Shown piece by piece: positions 27,555-40,553 of a stretch of DNA of 64,000 bases. A program made the position numbers and the translations under genes. The notes beneath the pieces were generated by a model. It worked only from the letters and a program-made list of their open reading frames with translations, had not been told where the DNA came from and searched no databases. This stretch comes from Malacoraja senta (taxonomy: Eukaryota): positions 15,252,001 through 15,316,000 of the forward strand of contig CM075988.1 of NCBI GenBank assembly GCA_038087875.1. Reading direction: 5' to 3'. Position 1 is the stretch's first letter. The number at the start of each line of letters is the position of its first letter.

Positions 27555-28040
27555 TCTGACCTTGTCATCAACACTGTCCCTATACTAACCTTGTCACCTC
27601 ACACTGCCCCCTACACACACTGACCGTGTCAACTCACATTGCCCCCACACTAACCATGTCACCTCAAACTGCCCCTACACTCTCACCTTGTCAACCCACA
27701 CTACTACACTAACCTTGTCAACCCACACGGGCCCTACAAACTCTGACCTTGTCACTCCACACTGCCCTACACTAACGTTGTCACCTTGCACTGCTCTTAC
27801 ACAGCCTGATCTTGTCACCCCCACATTGCTCCTACACAGGCTGACCTTGTCACCCCAAATTGCTCCTATGCACTCTGATTTTGCAACCTCGCACTGCTCT
27901 CATACACTCCCACCTCTTTGACTCACACCACTGTAATATCTGCTGCACATTGGTCTCCCATAGTAAAGCATGCACAGAAGCAAAACCTCATGACTTGACA
28001 CGGCCGCATACACTCTAACCTTGTCACCTCACACTGCTCC
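27555..28040. repeat. Degenerate minisatellite (unit about 30 bp) in the TLCD5 coding intron
   Basis: Recurrent ctgaccttgtcacc(t/c)cacactgccctacac units. Confidence 0.85.
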
Positions 28041-28834
28041 CTAAGGAATGACTTGACCAGCCAAAGAGCAAACTACAGAGCCTCAGCATTTCCAGACGAG
28101 CATGAAGAGGAAGGAATCTCGTGAAGACTGGTAAATTCACCCTTGAATAAACAAATGCATAATTCCCTGCTGAGTATGTCATATGGCTGGAAGGGAAACA
28201 GAAATGTTGAAATGTTTTGTTGCTTGAGCTCTTTATCCTGTTGCACTATCATTATGCCTGAAATTCCCATGTCTTGGGGATTATCCCAACAATATTAGAC
28301 TCACTAGGCTTCCCCAGGAAGCAAATCACATGAGTTATGTTCATACTCTGGAGATTGAGCTGTTTGTTAGCTCTTGCTCGGCCTCAGAGGGACTCCAAAC
28401 ACATCAAACAAAAATAAATCACTTTGTTCAAATGCAGGTGAACAACAGTAGAAATTTAGAGACGGATTTGCCATTTCTTAACTACAACCTTAATTTATAC
28501 GTGAGCACGCTTAATGTTATCTATTACATCCAGTGTCACCCCTGGGTCAGTCTGTTTCAGAAATCGATGGGCAGAACATGACTTTGCATCATCTCTGAGT
28601 GATTTATTTAGAATGTAATCTTCTTTCTCCAGGGTCAACACAGACAAATATGATGCAGCCAAGCACAGTGCTTGCAACAAAGCAAACTAGTCAAGCAGAG
28701 GCTGCAAATGCCCTGGGTTCAGGAGTCGTATAAAGCGAACAAAGATAGGTTAGATTAAGCCCACCGCAAACCAGTCTCTGTGGAACTACCAGTCTGTCAA
28801 AGCCAGCTCCTGCTTGACTCCATCCAATTGGTCA

Positions 28835-29134
<300 letters not shown>

Positions 29135-29839
29135 TCAGCTGCCGGGTTGGGGACAGAATTGGACAATGGAGTAAGCAATCTGTTTGCAAAGTGCATTACT
29201 AGATTTACCAAAACTATCTGGAGACAGTCAGAGGGTAGTGACAATGCCAGGTCAGAGGGCAGCTCCCACTCAGCTAAGACGCAAGGATAGAGAGTTATAA
29301 AAAATTGACTTTCTTATTAGATACAGATTCATCTAGATTAATAAATCCCTTAAGGTCAGTTCCACTATAGCGGAATCCCTGCGGTGATTGATGTAAAACC
29401 TATCTGACTGCGTTCAAAGTTCCTTCTTATTCAGGACGAAGGCCTGTTAAACTAATAGTTTAACAAAGCTCTCACTTGGGCAGCCTCCAACTCCAAGTAT
29501 TATGGTGAATGTATACTCCAGACAATTAATTAGACATCACTTTGGCACTGTCGACGGAACTTCTTGATTGCATTACAGTGTATAACTCAATTCCACATAT
29601 CTAGGTGGGTGTATTGTTGGCAAGGCTGGATCCTATTGTCCATCTCTAGTTTCACCTTGAGAGGATGGTGCGGCACTGCATTCTTGAACTGCAGCAGACA
29701 ATGCTATGAGATGCTGAGCATCATTAGAACAGGAAGAGGCCATTTAGCCCCTCAAACCTGATATATATCCATTCAATTGCTTCCCGTTGATCTACTTCTC
29801 CAATCCATACACCCATCTTTGCCATTTAGCCCTTTAAGT

Positions 29840-30125
29840 CCATTGCAGCACAGGAACAGGCCCTTCAGCCCACTTTATTTGTACCAAACATGATGCCAAG
29901 TTAAACTAATCTCATCTGCCTATACATGATCCATATCCCTCTATTTCCTACGTATGTGCGTATCTAAAAACCTCTTAAATGCCACTATTATATCTGGCTC
30001 CACCACCACCCCAGGCAATGTGTTCCAGGGCCCCACCACTCTCTGGGAACAAAACTTGCCCCACACATCTCCATTAAACTTTCCCACTCTCACCTTACCT
30101 TTGTCCTCTCCACCCTGGGAAAAAT
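29840..30125 (-). mobile_element. CR1 3' fragment
   Basis: Highly similar to 15210-15500. Confidence 0.8.
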
Positions 30126-32442
30126 ATTTCTATACTAATACTATACTAATAGATACTAATATTAATTTTAGGAAAAAATTTCAGACAATCCAAAACTGGG
30201 GTCATAAGTATAATAAGATAGCTACTATTGAATTCTATAGCAAAATTAGACAAAATGTCTCAGAGCATTAGAATGCAGAACTCATTGCTAATATAAGTGG
30301 TTAAGTACAATAATTTGGATGATTTTTAAAGGAAACTAGATGAATACATGAGAGAAAAGGAACAGAAAGACCAGAGATGAAGCAGATAGATAGGGAGGAG
30401 ATTAAGTAGGGTTTAATCATCAGCACAGCCAATTGGCCAAATTACTTCTTTCTATGCTGATTATTCTCTGTAATGCTTCCTGGCTTCACTCCTAATGGTC
30501 TCGTTCCATTTTTAAATCAACATTACCAAAACTAATCTGGACTATTATCTTGTCGATTCTAAAGCCTGCTTTTAAAAAACTGCCCTGGAAATATTCTAGA
30601 AATTCATTGCTGTTGCAAATTGTGGTCTTCTGACGCCTCGTAAAAATGTAAATCTTCTGTTATAAATCCTTTACCTTCACTACAACCTATTACTACAACC
30701 TATTCTCATCTCGGTATTTATGTTCCACTATTGCCAGGAAAATATAGACAACTCCCCCTGGAGCTCTGCACTCTTTCCTGTTTCTGCTCTCAGGAAAACA
30801 AGTTGATTAGTCTGTCATTATACCTCAATATAACTCCCATTTCCTTATGATTGTCGATACATTATCTATAGGAAACAGATTTTATACAACCTTTAATGCA
30901 AGAGTCCTGTGATCCCCATTAGGGAAGAGGTGACATTGAGCCCAGTTGCTAGCTTCAGGTTGGTGTAAATCAGGCCCTTGCGTTAAATCTCGTTTATCTG
31001 CTGTGCTTGGTAATTTAGTGATCACTGGCTCTAGGGCTTAGATTAGAAACAATTCTAACAGTCAGCTTAAGCAATTTACTGGGTCAATCATGCTTATTAC
31101 ATTCGCAATGTCACAATCGGAACAGGATTAAAGCCAGTCTTTTTCACTGTCTCCTTCTCTATCTTTGTCCCAGGCTCAGCTTTTTCCTTCACCCAATTCC
31201 TCAATTTGTTGGAGTAAAGAACAGACAATTTGGCCCAACTATTTTGTGCTGGTATTTGTATACATTCCCTTCCACTGTATCTATCCCCTCTCAGCATTTA
31301 ATAAATCTTTTATTTTGTTTTCACTTGTGCAATAATTAGTTTTAGGAAGTATCGACGCTATTTGCCTCAACCACTTCCTGTGGTGGTTACATCCACATTT
31401 TAACCATACTCTGACTTAACAAATGTCACTTATTTCCTCATTATTTATTAGCAACTTTGTTGTATGCATGTTTTTTTCAGGATTCTCCCGCAAGGAAGCA
31501 TTACCTCTGATTCAACTTAATCACTTTCAACATCTCTATTGTGACATCTCAAGTTGTGTTTTCTCCAGTAGAAAGAAATTATTCAGTCTTTGTCAACAAA
31601 TGTCGTGGATATGGTTTCTTTCTTGAACATCATTCTTGCAGTTTCTCTTATTTCTACGATATAATAAAGACCAGGACATTGTACAGTACTCTCAGTGGGG
31701 TCTCAGCAGAGCCTTATGGAGCTGCAATATATTTTTGCTGGCCATTACTTTCTGCTACAAGGAAGAAAATCCTTGCAATTTGTCAACATTTGTCAGTAAT
31801 TTGTGAGCCTGTAAGTGGACATTCGATTGGTTCACCAAGAGACATAAATCTCTTTTTTTGTCTTCTCCAATCAGATTGTGCTTTAATATTTTCCGTAAAT
31901 TCTTCCTGTAAAAGTGCATCAACATATTTTTATTCTTACTGAAATTCATTTATCACCTGTAGTGCAGATTTCAAGTTCCTAATGTTTTCTTGTAATATGT
32001 GGCAATCTTTGTTATTTCTGTCAGAACAACTAGTAGAATTTTGGAGATTTTGCTTGTTGGTATTATCTACAACTTTTCATATAGCAAGATATTCAATTAT
32101 TTGTCCAATCATGACCTTAAATTATGATTATCAGTTGTTCCAGTGCCCAACTTGTAAAACACCACACACAAGCTTCCTCCAATCAAAATAACTACCCTCG
32201 ACCTGTGCTTTCTAATTATTTTAGGCAATTTGCTTTCTATTTAGGTATCTGTTTCCTGCTGGAAATGGCCCAACCTTTGTACCGCATTCTACTGTTTAGG
32301 ATGTTTTGAAACTGCATGTATATGACAAAAACATTGTGATGAAGAACTGATGGTGAATCAGAAGTGCGCAAGAGATCTACCAATCAACCGATATCCACGC
32401 ATGGATTTCTCAATGCTGACAAGAACATTTACAGCTTCAACA

Positions 32443-32762
32443 TGGGGCAGCACACTTGCACAGCTGGTAGAGCAGTTGCTTCACAGCGCCAGAGATCCTG
32501 GTTCGATCCTGACCCCAGGATCCTGAGCCATCGGGTGGAGTTTGCATGTTTCCCCTGACACCGTGTGGGTTTCCTCCGGATGCCCCAGTTTTACAAAAGA
32601 TGTCGGGTTTTGTAGGTTAATTGGCCTCTGTAAATTGCCCATTGTGTGTAGGGAGTGAATGCGAAAGTGGCATAACATGGAACTAGTGTGATCGATCGTC
32701 GGCGTGGACCTGGTGGGCTGAAAGGCTTGTTTCCATGCTGTATCTCTAAAAGTAAAACTAAA
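32443..32762 (+). mobile_element. HE1/V-SINE-like element, near full length
   Basis: ggggcagcac...ggtagagcagttgcttcacagcgccagagatcctggttcgatcctga head; tail tatctctaaaagtaaaactaaa. Confidence 0.88.
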
Positions 32763-33438
32763 AAACAAAACATGCAAGGACCTACTCTGCTGAGAGCCAA
32801 GAGTGCAGAATTTAATGGAGACACAGAAAGAGAGTGAACTGCTGGGTTATTGATCTTGAAATTGACTATTGCCTCTAATGCACTAGCACAGCTGCTATTG
32901 GACACATAAAAGACCAAGACCTCAAACCTGGCACCTAGTTCATGAACTATTGAGCAGGTATGATCCCTACCATTGTACACGTCTCAGTCTCAATGGACAA
33001 CCTGTAGCAGGGATCTCAACGTTTTGGAGAAGTACTACACTGGCCTCCACAAAAACCTTCTATGAACTAATGTCAACATCCTTTCCCCAGTTATTAACCC
33101 TGCATCTTGGCTCTGACAATGCTCAACTATCCCTGTTGTTGGTTCATATTATCTTCATTTCTGACACAAGACTCTGACCCACGCACGCAAATCTGAGCTC
33201 CATCACAGCGAGAAATTTCCAGAAAATATTTCCAAATTACTTGCAAGATCCTTATGAAAAAAAATTATGCCGTCCTCACTGACCTCTGGGAATTCCAGAC
33301 CATGACCACAGAAAATGAAGGAGAATTATCTGAAAAAGCACTGTGATAGGAGTTACAATTACAATTCTCTGGAATTGGTGCACAGTATAGGCCGTGCATA
33401 AAAAACAGAAAGAGCACTCAACATCCAGAAGTACTCAC

Positions 33439-33545
33439 CCCGTCACCTGCTCTGCTTGTAGTAAAGACGGTAAACCCTGGAATGAGATCTTTGGCCACCT
33501 CAGAATTGGAGTAGACACAAGTCATCCTCAACCCCAAAGGATTGC
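33439..33545 (-). other. TLCD5: Candidate internal 5' exon of TLCD5 (107 nt) containing an ATG and 29 open codons
   Basis: Strong acceptor tattttcccttttag| and donor GG|gtgagt, lying between the promoter and the coding exon. Confidence 0.55.
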
Positions 33546-33869
33546 CTAAAAGGGAAAATATGACAAATATACTGAATAATACATGACGACTGTCAATCTT
33601 CCCTCATAGTTGACCCTCTCCTCCTCACTTTTTATCCTTCCATTAGTCCATTCCCTCCCTTTGTTGACCACCTTTCTCCCCCACTGGTCACCTTTCCTCT
33701 TTAACAATGTCGCTCCTCCTCTCTAGCAACCTTTGGGGAATGCATCTCAAATGCCCATTACAATCAGCTTTTTAAAACCCATGATGAGGACCCAGGATCA
33801 GTACCACCGGGCATTGAGGCAGGAGAGGTTTCTATGGAAACCTTGGCGAGGATTGAGGAGGCCCTGGGC

Positions 33870-34160
33870 CCGACCCCTCCACCTACACCCCGCCTCCTCC
33901 ACCAGGACCCCGCCCCCTCAACCCAGACCCGCCCCCTCCACCAGGACCTCCACCCAGACCCCGCCCCGTCCACCAGGACCTCCACCCAGACCCCGCCCCT
34001 CCACGGGCTGCGCCTCCACCATAGGCCAGGCTTCCTCCACCCAGACCCGCCTCCCTTGTCGAAGCCCCGCCTCCCCCAGGCCCCGTTCCCCTAGATCCCG
34101 CCCCCTCCCATAGGGCCCCGCCTCCTCCACAGGCCCCGCCTCGCATGAGGCCAAGTCCGC
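33870..34160. repeat. C-rich degenerate tandem repeat of GC boxes (ccccgcccctccaccaggac / cccagac)
   Basis: Visible recurring 16-20-bp units. Confidence 0.85.
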
Positions 34161-34505
34161 CTCCATGGCCTGACCGCCCAGGTCGCTAACGGTAACCATG
34201 GTTGCGGCTCCTCTGCTGCCTGACACCAGCCTTCTCTTCAGCGCTGTCACGGACGCACACACGTGTTGGCCTGAGCCTCTCCTCTCCCGATGGCGCCGCT
34301 CACCCGGCGGCCTCCGGCAGCAGCGCCATCGGCCGACCGGCAGCAGGGTCTGCCTTGCTGCCAGCTGCTGGAGAACCGGCGCCGACCATCCGTCCGCAGT
34401 GGGGGCGGGGCTGGAGCTGGAGACTGGGACATGCCTGTGGGGGCGGGGCGTGCCCGACGTGACGTGTGTGTGGGCGGAGGCTGTGTGTAGGGGCGGGGCT
34501 AGATC
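34160..34505 (-). promoter_or_regulatory. TLCD5: CpG-island promoter and probable non-coding exon 1 of TLCD5
   Basis: GC boxes ggggcgggg near 34402, 34440 and 34490; gacgtgacgtg at about 34456; donor CGG|gtgagc at 34304/34303; RFX X-box-like gtcgctaacggtaac at 34182-34196. Confidence 0.7.
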
Positions 34506-34509
34506 CTGT

Positions 34510-36312
34510 GGTGGGACTTGTCTGTGGGGGTGGGGCCTGTCTGTGGGGGTGGGGCCTGTCTGTGGGGTGGGGCCTGTCTGTGGGGGGGGCCTGTCTGTGG
34601 GGGTGGGGCCTGTCTGTGGGGTGGGGTCAGTATGTGGGGGGGGGGGCTGTCTGTGGGGTGGGGCCTGTCTGTGGGGGGGGCCTGTCTGTGGGGGGGCCTG
34701 TCTGTGGGGGTGGGGCCTGTCTGTGGGGTGGGGTCAGTATGTGGGGGTGGAGCCTGTCTGTGGGGGTGGGGCCTGTCTGTGGGGGGGGCCTGTCTGTGGG
34801 GTGGGGCCTGTCTGTGGGGGTGGGGCCTGTCTGTGGGGTGGGGCCTGTCTGTGGGGGGGGCCTGTCTGTGGGGGTGGGGCCTGTCTGTGGGGTGGGGTCA
34901 GTATGTGGGGGGGGGCTGTCTGTGGGGTGGGGCCTGTCTGTGGGGGTGGGGCCTGTCTGTGGGGGGGCCTGTCTGTGGGGGTGGGGCCTGTCTGTGGGGG
35001 TGGGGCCTGTCTGTGGGGGGGCCTGTCTGTGGGGGTGGGGCCTGTCTGTGGGGGTGGGGCCTGTCTGTGGGGGGGCCTGTCTGTGGGGGTGGGGCCTGTC
35101 TGTGGGGGTGGGGCCTGTCTGTGGGGGTGGGGCCTGTCTGTGGGGGTGGGGCCTGTCTGTGGGGGTGGGGCCTGTCTGTGGGGGTGGGGCCTGTCTGTGG
35201 GGGGGCCTGTCTGTGGGGGTGGGGCCTGTCTGTGGGGGTGGGGCCTGTCTGTGGGGGTGGGGCCTGTCTGTGGGGGTGGGGCCTGTCTGTGGGGGTGGGG
35301 CCTGTCTGTGGGGGGGCCTGTCTGTGGGGGTGGGGCCTGTCTGTGGGGGGGCCTGTCTGTGGGGGTGGGGCCTGTCTGTGGGGGGGCCTGTCTGTGGGGT
35401 GGGGTCAGTATGTGGGGGTGGAGCCTGTCTGTGGGGGTGGGGCCTGTCTGTGGGGGGGCCTGTCTGTGGGGGTGGGGCCTGTCTGTGGGGGTGGGGCCTG
35501 TCTGTGGGGTGAGGTCAGTATGTGGGGGTGGAGCCTGTCTGTGGGGGTGGGGCCTGTCTGTGGGGGGGGGCCTGTCTGTGGGGGTGGGGCCTGTCTGTGG
35601 GGTGAGGTCAGTATGTGGGGGTGGAGCCTGTCTGTGGGGGTGGGGTCAGTATGTGGGGGTGGGGCCTGTCTGTGGGGTGGGGTCAGTATGTGGGGGTGTG
35701 GCATGTCTGTGGGGTGGGGTCAGTATGTGGGGGTGGGGCCTGTCTGTCGGGTGCGGTCAGTATGTGGGGGTGGGGCCTGTCTTTGGGGGTGGGGCCTGTC
35801 TGTGGGGGTGGGGCCCGTCTGTGGGGGTGGGGCCCGTCTGTGGGGTGGGGCCTGTCTGTGAGGGGGGCCTGTCTGTGGGGGTGGGACCCGTCTGTGGGGG
35901 TGGGGCCTGTCTGTGGGGGTGGGGCCTGTCTGTGGGGGTGGGGGTGGGGCCTGTCTGTGGGGTGGGGTCAGTATGTGGGGGTGGGGCCTGTCTGTGGGGT
36001 GGGGCCTGCCTGTGAGGGGGGCCTGTCTGTGGGGGTGGGACCTGTCTGTGGGGGTGGGACCTGTCTGTGGGGGTGGGGCCTGTCTGTGGGGGTGGGGGTG
36101 GGGCCTGTCTGTGGGGTGGGGTCAGTATGTGGGGGTGGGGCCTGTCTGTGGGGTGGGGCCTGCCTGTGAGGGGGGCCTGTCTGTGGGGGTGGGACCTGTC
36201 TGTGGGGGTGGGACCTGTCTGTGGGGGTGGGGCCTGTCTGTGGGGGTGGGGCCTGTCTGTGGGGTGGGGTCAGTATGTGGGGGTGGGGGTGGGGTCAGTC
36301 TGTGAGGTGGGG
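34510..36312 (+). repeat. G-rich minisatellite, roughly 95 units of 16-19 bp (gtctgtgggggtggggcct and variants)
   Basis: Directly visible tandem array with variant units and a higher-order duplication of about 154 bp near its right end. Confidence 0.97.
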
Positions 36313-36449
36313 GCTTGCATGAGGAGCAAGATTATATCCAAGGGACGGGACTGAAGGACAGGACTAAATGTAAGGATATTTTTAGGAAGCAATTGTAGAT
36401 GCTGCCTGAAGTTGGGCTAAGTAATAGTAATAGTAAAAGACACCGAAGT

Positions 36450-36648
36450 TAGACACAAAATGCTGGATTGACTAAGTTGGTCAGGCAACATCTCCGGAGA
36501 AAAGGAATATGGACTGCACCCTTTCTGAGGCCATCTGTAGCCGGCCCTTTTGTGTTCTGCCTTCTCCATCTTTGTCTGAAGAAACGTCGCCAATTCCTTT
36601 TCTCCAGAGATGCTGCCTGACCCGCTGAGTTATTCCAGCATTCTGTGA
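36450..36648. mobile_element. Penelope-derived inverted pair
   Basis: agacacaaaatgctgga...gagaaaaggaat / attccttttctccagagatgctgcc...tccagcattctgtg. Confidence 0.8.
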
Positions 36649-38019
36649 CTAACTTCGGCTAGTTTTAGGAGCTGGATTAAGACGGTGGTGTAGGACAAAA
36701 GACAATGACAAGGCTAAAATAAGGGTGCGGGCGGCGACACGAAACTTTGCAGCAACTTTGAGCAAAATAAATAAAAGTGCTGGCGGAGCGCAGCGGGTCA
36801 GCCAGCACCAGCGGGAAGGAAAGGTGCAGACGTTTGGGTAGGGATCCTTCTCGGACTCCAAGGTAGAGGGCGGGACTGAAGCTAGGGTTGGAGCTGAAGC
36901 TCGGGTCAGAGCAAAACAAAGTTCTGAAGAGCTACAACACAAAGTGCTGTCTCTGTTCTTTATCTTGAAGATAGACTTCAAGGCAACACAAAACATAACG
37001 GCCACGTTCTCCAGGGATGCTGCCTGACCGGCTGGGTTACTTCAACACTTCGTGTTTTTTTTCTTATAAATCTTCTTTGTTTCTACAAAACATGAGTGAA
37101 TCCTGTTTGTAGAGACGGGAATGAAGCCAAAGGTGTGGCTTTCTTGCAGGGATAGACTAACTATTGAAGGTAGGATGGCTGCAGGGCAAAGACTACGGCT
37201 AATGGGCATGGCTGTGTGATTTGAAGGCGACTAAGTGAAGGAGCTGTGCTTATGTTGTGGGCTGCCTTGTTATTTTATCACCTCTGATGGTTGGATTCCG
37301 GACTTCGATCCGGTTTGACGTCAATCACAAGAAAGCGGAGACGACACTGCCAGTTGTAATTGGTTGTTAGCTTTGGTAAAAACTTTATTACTCGAAACGT
37401 ACAAAGTTGAAGGCAGGACATCCCGACCACGGAGGCATGATCTTATAAATAAACAGCCTTTAACTTCTGCGCATTATTCACAAAATCCCACCCCGTACAT
37501 ATATTATTTAAAAAGGAACCGTTTTCAAATATTTGAGACCATCAACACTGGTTTCGAGTTGCAATACACGATTACTTTGGAAATTCCCTAAACTCCTTCC
37601 AGCACTGACGGACTATGATAACAAAATCGACCATGGCATTTACGACACGTCTGCCCACCATAAAAGTCGTTGAAAGACGAGACGCAACGTGATTTAGCCA
37701 CACAGCAATGTCATAAATAACACGTAGAAATGAGAGGGAATACAATTACATAAAACATAGAATAGATAAGAGTTTGTGTTTATGGCAGTGATTAGATTTG
37801 CTGTTTTATTTTTTTTAGGAAAACCAGCCCTGAAGTGCAATTTCAGATGGCCAGAGACCAGATACACTCAAGCCAAGACTCATGAACATAAAACAAATTA
37901 ATCCTATTTGCCCCATCCCATAGTTTACTCCTGTAATCTATTTCCATCAACCCCAGGTTCCATCACCCCACAGTCTATTTTATACTATTCTTTTAATCTT
38001 GTAGCTATTTCATTTGGGG

Positions 38020-38222
38020 GTCACAAGTTCTCTGCCATAGAAGGCAGTGGAGGCCAATTCACTGGATGTTTTGAAGAGAGTGTTAGATTTAGCTCTTAGG
38101 GCTAAAGGAATCAAGGAATATGGGGGAAAGGCAGAAACGGGATACTGATTTTAGATGATCAGCCATGATCATATTGAATGGCGGTGCTGGCTCGAAGGGC
38201 CAAATGGCCAACTTCTGCATCT
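38020..38222 (+). mobile_element. CR1 3' tail fragment
   Basis: Similar to the reverse complement of 1300-1490. Confidence 0.85.
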
Positions 38223-39591
38223 CTGTTTATTGGTCCAGGCATCTTTGTGTTTGCACGGTCACTCACTTTTGTCAGTGAACCTCCACTACCTCTAACTTCA
38301 TATGTAAAAAAACTAATTTTACTCTTTCCTTTGCACTTTGTCTCTTCGCCTCAACCCTACCTTGCTGCATCTTAAAATCTTATGCAGTTCTACTGGAAAT
38401 CATCAACCTGAAATGCTATTGTGTTTCTCTCTCCATTGATTCTGCCTTGAACATTGTATTTTTTTTATTGTTAAAAATTTCTCTCCCTCCCCTGCATGCT
38501 TCTTGTTGGTTTAAATTTTGTTTAAATCAGATATCCAACAACAGCATTTTGGTTAATGTTTTTGATCCCTTCCCTTTTTAATGTAAAAAATATATAGCAT
38601 TTAAACGTATACGTTAAACTGCTTCCTTCCTTTCCTGCTTATGAATTGCCTCTGGGGCTGCTAATCTGCAGTTGATGGTACCTCCAATGAAATAATTGGA
38701 CATATTTATGGCATTAAAAAGTTGAAAGTCCATTATTGGAGGCATAATTGTACCAGTAGTACACTTACCTGAACCATGGTTATGGTTTCATTTTAATACG
38801 TGAAATATCTCAGACCTAATTTCCTATTTCAGATGAAGTAAAAGAAACTCATATGTAGGTCCTTATCAATTAACATTACCAAAACTAAGATTATATGTTT
38901 ATCAATTGCTGTTTGTGGGATCTTAGTAAATATGCATTAGCTGCCAGGATTATTTTTCAATAGTGATCTTGCAATGAATGTTGTTCCCTTTGTCCTTATC
39001 TGTGCACCGTGGATGGCTTGATTGTATTAATGTACAGTCTTATCAGACTGGATTGCATGCAAACAAAGCTTTTTACTGTATCTCAGTACACATGACAATA
39101 ATAATCTAAACTAAATACTCAATTTGCTGTAAAGAACATTGAAATAATCTAAATGTTATCATATGCAAGTCTCTTTTTTAGGGGGCATGTTTAACCTGGG
39201 AATGTTGATTGGGAGGTGACGGGGGGGGGGGGTGAGGGTAAAACACTTGCAAATGTTTCTCAGTATCCAACACAAGAAAGTAAAAGGTGGAATTGGAAAA
39301 GACAACTTATAACTGGAGTTAAAGTCAAAGCAGATATTCATATGAATGTTGTTTTTTTTGTTTAAAGTTGCTAGGACCACCTGTAAGGCAGAGTGCAAAT
39401 TAAAGCATTGAGTTATCTCATAAACAAATGGACAAAGGTGTATATTTTACAAATGTTGTGGATGGATTTAGATTGTTACCCATTAATAAAGTTCTCCCAG
39501 GTAGGTTTATGTTGTCCCGGATATCAGATGATGAGCAGGCTTGCAATAATGGCAACATTATTGTTCAAAGCCGGCACAGAGATAACAATGC

Positions 39592-39736
39592 TGGACACAA
39601 AATGCTGGAGTAACTCAGCGGGACAGGCAGCATCTCTGGAGAGAAGGAATGGGTGACGTTTCGGGTCAAGACCCATCATCAGTTATTTTGTGTCTACCTT
39701 TGATTTAAACCAGCATCTGCAGTTCTTTCTTACACA
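39592..39736 (-). mobile_element. Penelope-derived insertion with a CTGATGA hammerhead-like core (39682->39655)
   Basis: Minus strand ctgatga-t-gggtc-tt-gaccc-gaaa-cg-tc; approximate TSD aacaatg(c)tgg. Confidence 0.8.
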
Positions 39737-40513
39737 AACAATGTGGGGTTGGCTTGCTAGCAGTTTAAGGGGTGGTGAGCTACAATCCCAGAGATTATGA
39801 ACAAGAACCACAGAATTAAAAGAAATGTCCTTTGGCTACTCACAATCTTGAATTGTACAAACATCAACACAATTAAAGAGCCGAATATTAAGCAGACACG
39901 GAAATCCAGAAGTTGAATGCTCATCTTGTTCCATAATTCGTTTGACCAGTATCTGCCTCACGAGTGTAGCGTCCTGCATAATCCTGGATTGCTGATGCCA
40001 CCCCATTATTACCACAGGTCAAGCAAAATGGAAACACACACAAGATCAAACCAGCAATATGCTGAATATTATATTCTAATTGGAAGTAAAATGGCATTCA
40101 TCTCAGGTGAACACAAATTGGCCTGCAAGTGCTTCCTAACATCTAGGGAGTCATGCCTCATACATAGTGAAAGATTCATGGTAACCTTATTGCAACTTGC
40201 ACAAAAAAACACTCCAATTAATCCAATGAATATAGATCAAAAGGGTAGAAGGTGAGGGTTTAATGCTTCATTAGCTTTGATTGGCAGTGAAGAGAGCACA
40301 TTGAAGGCAGCATATCAGCCAATCCATTGCAATTTTGTAACAATGCTGCAGTGTTTGTATTGTCTTTGCAAAATCTGTAAAACATTTGCACTAAATGTTG
40401 TCCCTGATATATGCATGTTTTCTATTGTCCATCCTCACTGTGCGTCTGTACAGTGCATTACAGTAACTGAGGACTGAAGAAGTGGCTGATCAGAAGGTGA
40501 AATCCCAGAACCT

Positions 40514-40553
40514 TCAGTGAAAAAATGAAGGACTATTCCACCAGAATCGTGAG
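40514..40553 (-). CDS. POU2F3: POU class 2 homeobox 3, last coding exon: (G)SRFWWNSPSFFH*
   Basis: Acceptor ttttgttttgcag|, 40 coding nt, phase matches the preceding exon; resembles the human C-terminus GSWYRWNHSTYLH*. Confidence 0.88.

Noticed and set aside
27555-28040. Repeat array with about 30-bp periodicity as a possible CRISPR
   Set aside because: Eukaryotic intron, degenerate tandem units, no unique spacers and no cas genes
34198-36354. Long Gly/Cys/Trp-rich ORFs (605, 447 and 348 aa) resembling structural proteins
   Set aside because: They arise from a stop-poor 16-19-bp minisatellite; the same peptide appears in all three frames and unit lengths are not multiples of three
39900-40020. 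Alternative candidate for the POU2F3 last exon
   Set aside because: Weak acceptor and no similarity; 40514-40553 fits phase, size and peptide
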